A DNA stretch of 64,000 bases, taken from Ignavibacteriales bacterium CG18_big_fil_WC_8_21_14_2_50_31_20 (GTDB lineage Bacteria > Bacteroidota > Ignavibacteria > Ignavibacteriales > Melioribacteraceae). The translations under genes and the position numbers were made by a program. Below are positions 49,534-58,128 of the stretch, in pieces (within the stretch, counting starts at the first letter, position 1; every line of letters starts with the position of its first letter). The stretch covers positions 212 through 64,211 of the forward strand of contig PCUD01000008.1 of assembly GCA_002786785.1 (NCBI GenBank). Reading direction: 5' to 3'. The notes under the pieces are model-generated. The model made no database searches. It had not been told where the DNA came from and was given only the letters and a program-made list of their open reading frames with translations.

Positions 49534-51545
49534 AAGATTCAAAATATGACAAAAAGCAGCAGAAGAAGAAAAATTCTGATGCAGAATCCAACCAAGCTAT
49601 TAAAGGATTACGCGTAAATTATCCAATAATATTTTTGAGTGGATTAGTTATTCTTATTGCATCAATTTTAACATTTCTTTTGATTATCAAAAATATTTTT
49701 GGTAATTACGAATTATCAGAAATATTACCAACACGAGAAAATTTACAAGAATTTAGATACTCTGAAAAGGTTGGGATTTTGTATTCAAATTATACTGCAA
49801 ATATGCTTGGTAGCGATGTAACTTGGGTTCAAGATAATATTGACACGTGGAAAGAGTTTCTAAAAAATCTAAAAATTAATTACGAAGTATTTACTGATTT
49901 AGACCTTGAGGAAGTAAAGCATAAAAAGTATAATCTAATTATTCTTGCTGGCGCAAAATCCATGAGTGATAAAGAAGTGGTGCAAATAAAAAAATATATT
50001 GATGCAGGTGGGTCAATTCTTGCAACAGGTGGAGTTGCTACTTTTTCAAGCGAAGCTAAATGGAGAGGTTGGGATTTCTTTAAGGAAACTTTTGGAATGA
50101 AATTTACAAAGGAACTTTCTCCACTAGAAATGCTTAAGAAAAACCATACATTAAGAGGAAACATGCCTTTAACTGCTGGAATTCCTACTGGCTATATTTT
50201 ACAAATTGCAACATGGGATAGACCTGTTTATGCGGAAATTTTAGAACAAAGAGTTACACAAGTAAGTTATTGGTATGATTATAGAGGTGAAAAAGGATTA
50301 GTTGATGAACAAATTAAAAAAAGTGCTGGCATTGCCAATGGAACTTATGGGAAAGGTCGTTTTGTTTGGTACGGTTTTGAACTAAATTCAGTAGTTGGAA
50401 GTAATGAAGATTATACAAATTTGGCTAAATTAGTAAAAAATAGTGTTAACTGGTTGATATATCAACCAACGTCTTACGTTAAAGATTGGCCAGAACCTTA
50501 TGTTGCTGCCGCAATTTATTTACCAACGGTTAAAGAAAATACAAATAATCTAAGCTCAATTAAAAGTACTATTTCAGAATTTAAGGAAGATGCTGCAATA
50601 ATTGTTGAAGATAATCTTGCGTTAAAATACACTGAAGAATTATCTAAGTTATCCCAATATGGAGAGATTATCCCTATAATTGAATTAGGGGTTTTTGAAC
50701 CATTTTCTACAGTTGATGATGACTTTTATGCAACTAAAACAACTGCCAATTCTGAATCAAATTTAGGTTCAAAAGAGATTCAAAAATCAAGTATTCTTTA
50801 TGTTAAGGATTCTCTAAACAAATTAATTAACAAAAAATTGTTAGGTATTACTCCATATTCTGGTTTTTATAATCAAACAACATTAGATATTTTGGCAGAA
50901 GAAGATATAAGTTATATAATTACCGATTCAATTACTGATAGATCTGTTCCAAACAAAATTATATTAAATGAAAAGGAAGTTTTTATAATTACAAATACAT
51001 CTCGTGACGATATTAAAATAATGAAGGAATTTGGACTAATGGACCCAAAATTTCAAAAATATACTTATTTTGAAGATATTGATAGAATTGTATTTGAAGG
51101 TGGTTTATATGTTTTAAAATTGCATAATAATTATCAATTAAGACCAGAGTATAAGCATATTTTTGGAGATATTACCAAATATATAAATTCTCAAAATATT
51201 TGGGTTACTTCCATTCCTAAATTATTAAAGTGGTGGGAATCTAAGAGTGGTGTTGAATTAAAATATGATACACGTGGCAAAAGAAGAATATCAGTTGAAG
51301 TTTCTAACCACAAAGATACACGTGAAGATGAATTTACTGTTGAAGTGAATTTTAATAAAGCAGTAAAAAATATTGAAATATCTGCTGAATTAATTAATAC
51401 CCCAATTCCAAAATATAAATTTGATGATGAAACTCAGATTTTATATTTATATATTAAAAATCTTAAAAAAGATGAATCAAGAATCTTTTTAATCGATTTT
51501 GAAAATATTAATGAATTTAATGCTAATGAAAGACTTATTTTTTAG
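49524..51545 (+). CDS. Membrane-anchored extracytoplasmic protein with a possible GATase1/ThuA-like region plus a polysaccharide-deacetylase-like (NodB-fold) region lacking obvious catalytic motifs
   Basis: Lys-rich N-terminus and one TM helix. The segment NLIILAGAKSMSDKEVVQIKKYIDAGGSILATGG looks GATase1-like. The C-terminal half shows a CE4-like strand/helix pattern (LLGITPYSGFYN...YVLKLHNNY...IWVTSIPKLLKWWE) without a recognisable DD or HxxH motif. Confidence 0.4.
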   Translation: MALKDSKYDKKQQKKKNSDAESNQAIKGLRVNYPIIFLSGLVILIASILTFLLIIKNIFGNYELSEILPTRENLQEFRYSEKVGILYSNYTANMLGSDVTWVQDNIDTWKEFLKNLKINYEVFTDLDLEEVKHKKYNLIILAGAKSMSDKEVVQIKKYIDAGGSILATGGVATFSSEAKWRGWDFFKETFGMKFTKELSPLEMLKKNHTLRGNMPLTAGIPTGYILQIATWDRPVYAEILEQRVTQVSYWYDYRGEKGLVDEQIKKSAGIANGTYGKGRFVWYGFELNSVVGSNEDYTNLAKLVKNSVNWLIYQPTSYVKDWPEPYVAAAIYLPTVKENTNNLSSIKSTISEFKEDAAIIVEDNLALKYTEELSKLSQYGEIIPIIELGVFEPFSTVDDDFYATKTTANSESNLGSKEIQKSSILYVKDSLNKLINKKLLGITPYSGFYNQTTLDILAEEDISYIITDSITDRSVPNKIILNEKEVFIITNTSRDDIKIMKEFGLMDPKFQKYTYFEDIDRIVFEGGLYVLKLHNNYQLRPEYKHIFGDITKYINSQNIWVTSIPKLLKWWESKSGVELKYDTRGKRRISVEVSNHKDTREDEFTVEVNFNKAVKNIEISAELINTPIPKYKFDDETQILYLYIKNLKKDESRIFLIDFENINEFNANERLIF

Positions 51546-51559
51546 GAAACTGCTATAAA

Positions 51560-53413
51560 ATGAAAAATTATTCTAAAATATATTTTATTTTTTTATTGGT
51601 TGGATTATTTCTTATTGGTTGTGTGCAATCAGTTGAAAACCCTTATAATGGTGGTGGCACCAATATAAATGAAAATAAACCAGTCATTAATATTCTTAAT
51701 CCTGTTTCAGGTGATTCAATTTATATGGGTTATACATCAATTATATATCAAGCAACCGATTATAATGGAGGTCCTGGATTATTGCTATATAATTTGTTTG
51801 TTGATGGAGTTTTGGTTCAGAGCTTTCCTCAAAATGAAGATGGTTCAAATCCTTATTTATATTTTAGTACAGATACATTAGAAAAAAAATTAGGCATAAA
51901 TCCAGCTTCTTGGCCTTCCGAAATATCTTACGCAATGACAGTTGTAAATATTGATAAAGATTTTGGTGAAACAGTTTTGATAGATAGTATTTATATTAAC
52001 CGAAAACCTGTTGCTCCAAGTAATTTAGTTTTAACAAGAATTTCTGATAAATCATTCAATCTTTTTTGGGATGATAAAGCTTCAAACGAAACTAAATACG
52101 AAGTTTGGAGACAAGATGGAAGTAACAATACTTTTTTATTTATTAAAGATTTACCAATTAATTCGATAAGTACTAATGATGTAGTTAATTCAGATTATAT
52201 AAATTATGGATATAAAATTAGGGCAGTAAATAGTTTTGGAAGTTCTGCTTTTAGTAATATTGCTTATTCAAGTGGGGTTCCAGGTGGTGATGCACCAACA
52301 AATCTAAAAGGTGAAGCATTAGGCGCTTCAACAATTCAGTTAACTTGGGATGATAATTCCGAAACCGAAGATGGTTTTGTTATTGAACGTACTAATCCAG
52401 CAACTGGAAATTATGAAAGATTAGTTGTATTACCTAAAAATACTAAAGAATATTTTGATTCTGATTTATATCCTCTTACTACTTATAGATATAGAATTGC
52501 TTCATTCAAAAGTTCTTCAATTTCTGCGTTTTCTAATGTTGTAACTGTTTCTACTTATGACAAAGATATTGCAGCCCCTGAAAATTTAATTGCAACTTAT
52601 AAACCAATTGATAAAGCTGTTTATCTAACTTGGACTGATAATACAAACAAAGAAGACGGTGCAATTATTGAACGAAAGGAAACAATTAATGGTGAGTTTA
52701 AAATTATTGGAACTACTACTGCCGATATAAATTATTTTTCAGATGCTAATATTGTTGAAAACCAGCTTTATTATTACCGAGCAAGATTTAATATAGTTGA
52801 TGGTTTCAAAACAACATATTCTAATGTTGATACAGTTTTTGTATACGATGCTCCACCTTTTGCACCTTCAAATTTGCAAATAACCAAATTTACCGACACT
52901 ACTTATAGTTTATGGTGGACTGATAATTCTGATGATGAAGAAGGTTTTCAACTTTGGAGAAAAGATGGAAGCACTGGAGTTTATTATTTATATAAAGATT
53001 TGCTCCAAAACACAACTGGGTTTAATGATAAAATTGCAAGTGGAGTTACTTATTTTTACAAAGTTCGTGCATACAGATCACCTACTTTCTCTGCTTTTTC
53101 AAACGAAGTAAATAACGAAAGTATTGGTTCTAAATACCCAGCGCCAACAAATTTATCGTATTCCATTGTAAATTCAAATCAAGTTAAATTAAATTGGACA
53201 AATGCTGCAACTGACGAACTTCAAATTATTGTTGAACGAAAATTACAGACAGAAATAGATTTTAATGAAATTAAAAGATTATCTCCTGGAACTACAACAT
53301 TAACTGATTCTGATGGTTTATCAAATAATTTGACTGTCTTTTATAGATTAAAAACAAAATATCCACAGGGTGAGTCAGAATATACAACTGAATTAACAGT
53401 TTATATTCCTTAA
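51560..53413 (+). CDS. Lipoprotein with an Ig-like domain and five tandem fibronectin type III domains
   Basis: Lipobox LFLIGC. Five repeats each contain P..P(S/T)NL....(W)(D/T)D.(S/T).(N/D)E.G(F/A).(I/L/V)(W/E)R. Confidence 0.75.
   Translation: MKNYSKIYFIFLLVGLFLIGCVQSVENPYNGGGTNINENKPVINILNPVSGDSIYMGYTSIIYQATDYNGGPGLLLYNLFVDGVLVQSFPQNEDGSNPYLYFSTDTLEKKLGINPASWPSEISYAMTVVNIDKDFGETVLIDSIYINRKPVAPSNLVLTRISDKSFNLFWDDKASNETKYEVWRQDGSNNTFLFIKDLPINSISTNDVVNSDYINYGYKIRAVNSFGSSAFSNIAYSSGVPGGDAPTNLKGEALGASTIQLTWDDNSETEDGFVIERTNPATGNYERLVVLPKNTKEYFDSDLYPLTTYRYRIASFKSSSISAFSNVVTVSTYDKDIAAPENLIATYKPIDKAVYLTWTDNTNKEDGAIIERKETINGEFKIIGTTTADINYFSDANIVENQLYYYRARFNIVDGFKTTYSNVDTVFVYDAPPFAPSNLQITKFTDTTYSLWWTDNSDDEEGFQLWRKDGSTGVYYLYKDLLQNTTGFNDKIASGVTYFYKVRAYRSPTFSAFSNEVNNESIGSKYPAPTNLSYSIVNSNQVKLNWTNAATDELQIIVERKLQTEIDFNEIKRLSPGTTTLTDSDGLSNNLTVFYRLKTKYPQGESEYTTELTVYIP
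52007..53410 (+). repeat. Five diverged tandem FN3-coding repeats (~95 codons each)
   Basis: Unit starts are PVAPSNLVLTRIS, DAPTNLKGEAL, AAPENLIATYK, PFAPSNLQITKF and PAPTNLSYSIV. Confidence 0.7.
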
Positions 53414-53430
53414 GAAATTAGGTGTAAATT

Positions 53431-56385
53431 ATGGAAAACAATATCGAAAATATTACAAATTTAGTGAGTGATAAATTAGTAACTCACTTAAGAATTAATA
53501 CTGATGAAGTTTATGAGTTTATTGAGGATAAAGCAATTTTAGATATAATTGAAATTGTAAAACAATCATATCCATTTACTTTTATTGGTCGCCAAAAATT
53601 TAGACGAAAAATTGATCAACTTAGTTTTGGCTTTTGGATAAAAGATTCAAATGATAAAATGATAATTGTAAACGATGTATTTGCAAAATCTTTAAATCAA
53701 AAAGTATCTGAAATTGAAGGGAAACTTATTACCGATTTATATAGTGATGATGAATATCAATTAATTAAAAATATAACCAATTATATTATTTCAACTTCCA
53801 ATTCTGTAATCTATGAATCTTTTTCTAAAAAGAGCAGTGAAGATTTTGTTCAGGTTGTTGAATTTCCAATTTGTGATATAGACGATAAAGTAGTAGCAAT
53901 TATTGGGTTTAATCAAAAAGCATTTAAATTAGATGAATTAATAAATAACGATTTAAATATTCAAACTAATATAGAAGATATTCCAGCAGTTGTAGTTTTA
54001 GTTTCAAACGATTTTGTTGTGCAAAGTTTTTCAAATAAATTTTATAAAGAATTTAATCTAAATCCTAATTCAATAAAAAGCCAAAATCTTCAGTCAATTT
54101 TTAGTATAGATTTTGCTAAACTTATGCATAAAGATTCTGGTGCAACTATTAAAATTGGCAAAAGTGAATATTTATTTGAATATAAAAAAACAAATATTAA
54201 CGAATTGGATGGATATTATTTTTCATTTATCGAAATACTTGAAAAATCTAAAAAAAGCAATTCTTCAGAAAAATCATTTGATATGCTAATGTACACAAGT
54301 CCCGATCCAATGTTTATTTATGGAATTGACAATCTTAAATTTCTAAAAGTAAACGATGCAGCATTGAAATTTTATGGTTATCGCGAGGAAGAATTTTTGA
54401 GTATGGACCTCACTGATTTGTATGCACCCGAAGATATTCAAACTTTAGTTGATTCTTCATCTAATAATACACTTGAAAGAGGATTCACTGGCCCTTGGCG
54501 TCAAAAGAAAAAAGATGGCAGTACAATTAAGGTTGAAGTAAGTAAATCTGGAATTGAATATAATAATACACAATCGCATTTTAACATTATTAGAGATATT
54601 TCAAAAAATATTGAAAATGATAAAATTATTAGCCAATTTAATTTGGTACTCGAAAATATAGGTGATATCATTTTAGTAACTGATGCTGATGGTTTTATTA
54701 AACAAGCAAATGAAAGTGTTAGCGAAATATTAGGTTACAATGCTTCTTCACTAAATGAAAGATCTTTTCTTTCATTAGTTGCAGATGATTTTAGAGCAAA
54801 AATAAATACATCTATATTTCACAATTCTAAAAATAAAAAAGCTAAATTAGAGTGTAATCTCAAAAAAGAAGATGGAACTTTAGTTACTGTTAATTTAATT
54901 TCATGTCCAATATTTGGTGTTAATAAAGAATTAGAATCATTTTTAATAATTATTAAATCTGAAAAAGATGTTGTTGTTAAAACAGTTGTTCAAAAAGAAA
55001 TTATTGTTGAACCTACTGAAAATACGTCAAAAGGGAATTTAGATTCAGATTTCTTAGGGTATCTTTTTCACGAACTTTTAACTCCTGTGAATGTTATTAT
55101 TGGGTTTTCTCAAGAATTAGCTGAAAATGCTGATTCAGCAAGTGAAGAAGTTAAAGAAGCGATGGATATAATTAAACAAAATCAACGAATTCTGCTACAG
55201 CTTATGGATAACGCTGTTCAGTATTCTGAATTAGAACAAAACAAAATGAAAATTAGTCCAAATAATGTACATTTTGTTGAACTAATTGACCAAATTGAGA
55301 CCGATATTAAAAAGACGTCATCTAATTTTAATAAAGAATTAAAATACGGTAAAATATCCTCGTCATTAATATTTGAAACTGATAAGAACAAAATTGAAGT
55401 ATTAACTTCAATGCTAATTGATTTTGCAATGCGAGTTACAAAAAGTGACAGAATATTTCTTTCGGCTTATCAAACAGATACGAGTCATTGTGTAATTGCT
55501 GTTAAAGATGATAGAAATGAAATATCCAAAGAATTGGCTGCTGGATTAGAAACAATATTTACAGGCAATGAAGAAGAAATTCGTCATAAATATGGAATCT
55601 CTCGCTTCACAAGACGGTTCGCAATCAAGCTTTCTAAAATTCTTACAGATAGTGCTGGAATTATTTCTAAATATGGAAAAGAATATGAATTCGGTTTTAC
55701 TATTCCAGTCCGTTTTAATAATAAAAAAATATCAGAAATTTTAGGAAGTAGTAAATTGATAAATAGCGAAAGTAGCATAAACACACAAGTGGATGAAACT
55801 TTTAAAAAGGAACTAGTGGAAAACAAAGAATTTGAGCCAGTTATCAAAGAGGAAAAAGAAGCTTCGAGAGAGCCAATTACTTTTCAGGTAAATGTAAATA
55901 CACAATCTACTTCTCAACAAAGTGTTCAACCACCATTAACTCAGCCAGAACCAGTATTTAAGGAAGTTACTTCGCAAATGGTGGAAGAAGTTGCCACTGA
56001 AGTAATTGAGCAAAAAAGTTTTGAATCGCTTTCTTGTCTTTATGTGGAAGATCAAGTTGATTCACAAATATTATTTAAAGTTCAAATGAAAGGACTAAAA
56101 TCAATAGAATTTGCGAATAGTTTTGAAAAAGCTATTCCATTACTTCAAACAAAAAAGTTCGATTTTATTGTAATGGATATAAATTTACAAGGCGAATACA
56201 ACGGTTTGGATGCTTTACGAGCAATTCAAAAAATGCCAGAATATATTAATGTTCCAATTGTTGCTGTTACTGCTTATGTGCTTCCAGGTGATAGAGAGCG
56301 ATTTATTTCTGCTGGATTTAACGACTTTATTTCTAAACCTATTTTACGTGATAAATTAGAAACTTGTTTAAACAATATTTTTTAG
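53431..56385 (+). CDS. Cytoplasmic multi-PAS hybrid sensor: HisKA-like H-box, apparently degenerate ATPase domain, Gln/Pro-rich linker and C-terminal receiver domain
   Basis: No TM segment. PAS-like blocks are present (e.g. FIYGIDNLKFLKVNDAALKFYGYREEEF). The H-box is FHELLTPVNVIIGF (His codon 55069-55071). The following ~200 aa lack clear N, G1 (DxGxG) and G2 (GxGLG) boxes. The receiver has VEDQ, FIVMDINL (Asp codon 56176-56178), VAVTAY and SKPI. Confidence 0.65.
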   Translation: MENNIENITNLVSDKLVTHLRINTDEVYEFIEDKAILDIIEIVKQSYPFTFIGRQKFRRKIDQLSFGFWIKDSNDKMIIVNDVFAKSLNQKVSEIEGKLITDLYSDDEYQLIKNITNYIISTSNSVIYESFSKKSSEDFVQVVEFPICDIDDKVVAIIGFNQKAFKLDELINNDLNIQTNIEDIPAVVVLVSNDFVVQSFSNKFYKEFNLNPNSIKSQNLQSIFSIDFAKLMHKDSGATIKIGKSEYLFEYKKTNINELDGYYFSFIEILEKSKKSNSSEKSFDMLMYTSPDPMFIYGIDNLKFLKVNDAALKFYGYREEEFLSMDLTDLYAPEDIQTLVDSSSNNTLERGFTGPWRQKKKDGSTIKVEVSKSGIEYNNTQSHFNIIRDISKNIENDKIISQFNLVLENIGDIILVTDADGFIKQANESVSEILGYNASSLNERSFLSLVADDFRAKINTSIFHNSKNKKAKLECNLKKEDGTLVTVNLISCPIFGVNKELESFLIIIKSEKDVVVKTVVQKEIIVEPTENTSKGNLDSDFLGYLFHELLTPVNVIIGFSQELAENADSASEEVKEAMDIIKQNQRILLQLMDNAVQYSELEQNKMKISPNNVHFVELIDQIETDIKKTSSNFNKELKYGKISSSLIFETDKNKIEVLTSMLIDFAMRVTKSDRIFLSAYQTDTSHCVIAVKDDRNEISKELAAGLETIFTGNEEEIRHKYGISRFTRRFAIKLSKILTDSAGIISKYGKEYEFGFTIPVRFNNKKISEILGSSKLINSESSINTQVDETFKKELVENKEFEPVIKEEKEASREPITFQVNVNTQSTSQQSVQPPLTQPEPVFKEVTSQMVEEVATEVIEQKSFESLSCLYVEDQVDSQILFKVQMKGLKSIEFANSFEKAIPLLQTKKFDFIVMDINLQGEYNGLDALRAIQKMPEYINVPIVAVTAYVLPGDRERFISAGFNDFISKPILRDKLETCLNNIF

Positions 56386-56390
56386 ACTAA

Positions 56391-56445
56391 AAATCCAACA
56401 ACTTTTTAATAAAATACTTTTTAGTTGTTGGATTTATCTTTTTAT
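56391..56445 (+). terminator. Rho-independent terminator closing the EPS/sensor gene string
   Basis: aaatccaacaact-19 nt loop-agttgttggattt (13-bp stem) followed by atcttttt. Confidence 0.7.
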
Positions 56446-56536
56446 TAAAAACTAATTTTTCTTATCATAAATAAACATGAAACTTTAAATAACTAATCAA
56501 AATATTCTCTTGCAGAATTATTATTTTATCCATAAA

Positions 56537-56562
56537 TTATACCATACAAATGTATGGTATAA
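56537..56562. promoter_or_regulatory. Perfect 26-bp palindrome (12-bp arms, 2-bp spacer) 19 nt upstream of lexA; candidate LexA operator
   Basis: The sequence ttataccataca-aa-tgtatggtataa was checked base by base, and every position pairs. Confidence 0.55.
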
Positions 56563-56580
56563 AGTAAATGGAATTAAAAA

Positions 56581-57201
56581 ATGCAAAAAGAACTAACAAA
56601 AATTCAGCAAGATATTTTGAACTATTTAATTGAATTAAAAAGTAAAAGTGCTGTTCCAACACTTGCAGAAATTGCAAAACATTTTGAATATAAAAATCGT
56701 TCAACTGTTCAACAACATTTGCAATCAATTGAAAAGAAAGGATTTATTAAACGAAATCCCAAAATTTCTGGAGGCATTGAATTGACTTTTGACAATAACT
56801 ATTTTATTCCTCGTCCTATTCTTGGTGAAGTTGCTGCAGGAAATCCTCTTACAATATATCCAGACTCTATTGATACTATTGAATTACCAACTATTGCACA
56901 CGTTCCTAACGATTCGTTTTTACTTAAAGTAAAAGGGGATAGCTTAAAGGATGCATATATATTTACTGGCGATATTGTTATTGTAAATCCGAACTTGCAA
57001 GCAGAAAATGGACAATTTGTTGTTGCAGTTTTGGATAATGCAGCAGTTGTTAAAAGGTTTGTTAAAAAGAATGATTTAATTGAACTACATTCTGAAAATA
57101 CAGAATATGAACCAATAATTATTGAAAGCACACATCCAAATTTTCAATTAGTTGGTGTTGTAATTGGAGTTTATAGAACAATGGCAAAGAAAGTTGGTTA
57201 A
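56581..57201 (+). CDS. lexA: LexA repressor (S24 autopeptidase)
   Basis: N-terminal winged HTH (LTKIQQDILNYLIE...PTLAEIAKHF). Ala-Gly cleavage site in VAAGNP. Catalytic Ser in VKGDSLKDA and Lys in AVVKRF. Confidence 0.9.
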   Translation: MQKELTKIQQDILNYLIELKSKSAVPTLAEIAKHFEYKNRSTVQQHLQSIEKKGFIKRNPKISGGIELTFDNNYFIPRPILGEVAAGNPLTIYPDSIDTIELPTIAHVPNDSFLLKVKGDSLKDAYIFTGDIVIVNPNLQAENGQFVVAVLDNAAVVKRFVKKNDLIELHSENTEYEPIIIESTHPNFQLVGVVIGVYRTMAKKVG

Positions 57202-57204
57202 ATA

Positions 57205-57705
57205 ATGACACAAAAATTTGTTTCATATCTTAAATCACAAATTGGTCAACTAAAAATAACTGCTGATGAAAACTCAATCAATTCCATTCTATTTGTTTTT
57301 GATAATACCCAATTAGAAAATGAAAACAGTAACGAAATACTTGAAATATGTAAAAAACAACTAAATGAATATTTTGTTGGGGAAAGAAAAGAATTTGATG
57401 TAAACATCAATCAAGAAGGAACAGAATTTCAACAAAAAGTTTGGAATGAATTAGTTAAACTCCCATTTGGTAAAACTGTGAGCTACAATTATATTGCTGA
57501 AAGAGTTGGTGGAAAAAATATGATGCGCGCAGTTGGTTCAGCAAACGGGAAAAATCAAATATCTATCATCGTTCCTTGCCATAGAGTAATTGGAAGCGAT
57601 GGAAGTTTAACCGGATACGCAGGCGGAATGTGGCGAAAAGAATGGCTTTTGAAACATGAGGATAAATATTCGAACGAGGAAAGACAACTCGGTTTGGGGT
57701 TTTAA
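57205..57705 (+). CDS. ogt: Methylated-DNA--protein-cysteine methyltransferase
   Basis: Active site IVPCHRVIGSDGSLTGYAGG. It starts 3 nt after the lexA stop. Confidence 0.9.
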   Translation: MTQKFVSYLKSQIGQLKITADENSINSILFVFDNTQLENENSNEILEICKKQLNEYFVGERKEFDVNINQEGTEFQQKVWNELVKLPFGKTVSYNYIAERVGGKNMMRAVGSANGKNQISIIVPCHRVIGSDGSLTGYAGGMWRKEWLLKHEDKYSNEERQLGLGF

Positions 57706-57717
57706 CACAATACTTTA

Positions 57718-57741
57718 TGTCATTCCAGCAAAAGCGGGAAT
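57718..57741 (+). repeat. Degenerate copy of the hairpin repeat (tgtcattccagcaaaagcgggaat)
   Basis: Same ends as the 24-nt repeat at 57753, with a changed centre. Confidence 0.6.
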
Positions 57742-57752
57742 ATTTTTATAGC

Positions 57753-57776
57753 TGTCATTCCCGCGAAGGCGGGAAT
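57753..57776 (+). repeat. 24-nt hairpin-forming repeat tgtcattcccgcgaaggcgggaat (left arm flanking the GIY-YIG gene)
   Basis: The internal stem is attcccgc-gaag-gcgggaat. Its exact reverse complement occurs at 58105-58128. Confidence 0.85.
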
Positions 57777-57802
57777 CTTTTCAATTTTATAGTATCTTAA
57801 AT

Positions 57803-58096
57803 ATGAAAAACTATTATGTTTATATTCTAGCAAGCAAAAAAGATGGTGTCATTTATATCGGTGTAACTAACGATTTAATTCGTCGTGTGTATGAACATAA
57901 AAATAAACTTATAGATGGTTTTACGAAGAAATACAATGTTAATAAATTAGTTTACTATGAAATTTGCAGAAATGTTAATGAAGCAATAAAAAGAGAAAAG
58001 CAAATGAAAAAATGGTTAAGAGAGTGGAAAACAAATTTGATTGAGGAGAATAATACATTGTGGAATGATTTGTACGCAGAGTTAACTGGTCAGTAA
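57803..58096 (+). CDS. Small GIY-YIG nuclease-family protein (URI domain, UPF0213-like)
   Basis: YVYILASKKDGVIYIGVTNDLIRRVYEHK contains GIY-YIG motifs, with Arg and Glu downstream. Confidence 0.85.
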   Translation: MKNYYVYILASKKDGVIYIGVTNDLIRRVYEHKNKLIDGFTKKYNVNKLVYYEICRNVNEAIKREKQMKKWLREWKTNLIEENNTLWNDLYAELTGQ

Positions 58097-58104
58097 TATT
58101 TAAG

Positions 58105-58128
58105 ATTCCCGCCTTCGCGGGAATGACA
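58105..58128 (-). repeat. Inverted copy of the 24-nt repeat (right arm)
   Basis: attcccgccttcgcgggaatgaca is the exact reverse complement of 57753-57776 (24/24). Confidence 0.85.

Noticed and set aside
51560-53413. Periodic repeats that might be mistaken for a CRISPR or satellite array.
   Set aside because: The repeats are ~285 nt, diverged, in frame, and encode FN3 domains. No short direct repeats with unique spacers occur anywhere in the window.
56537-56728. 63-aa minus-strand ORF spanning the lexA promoter and the lexA 5-prime end.
   Set aside because: It overlaps the well-supported lexA start and the palindromic operator. It has no recognisable features and is most likely spurious.
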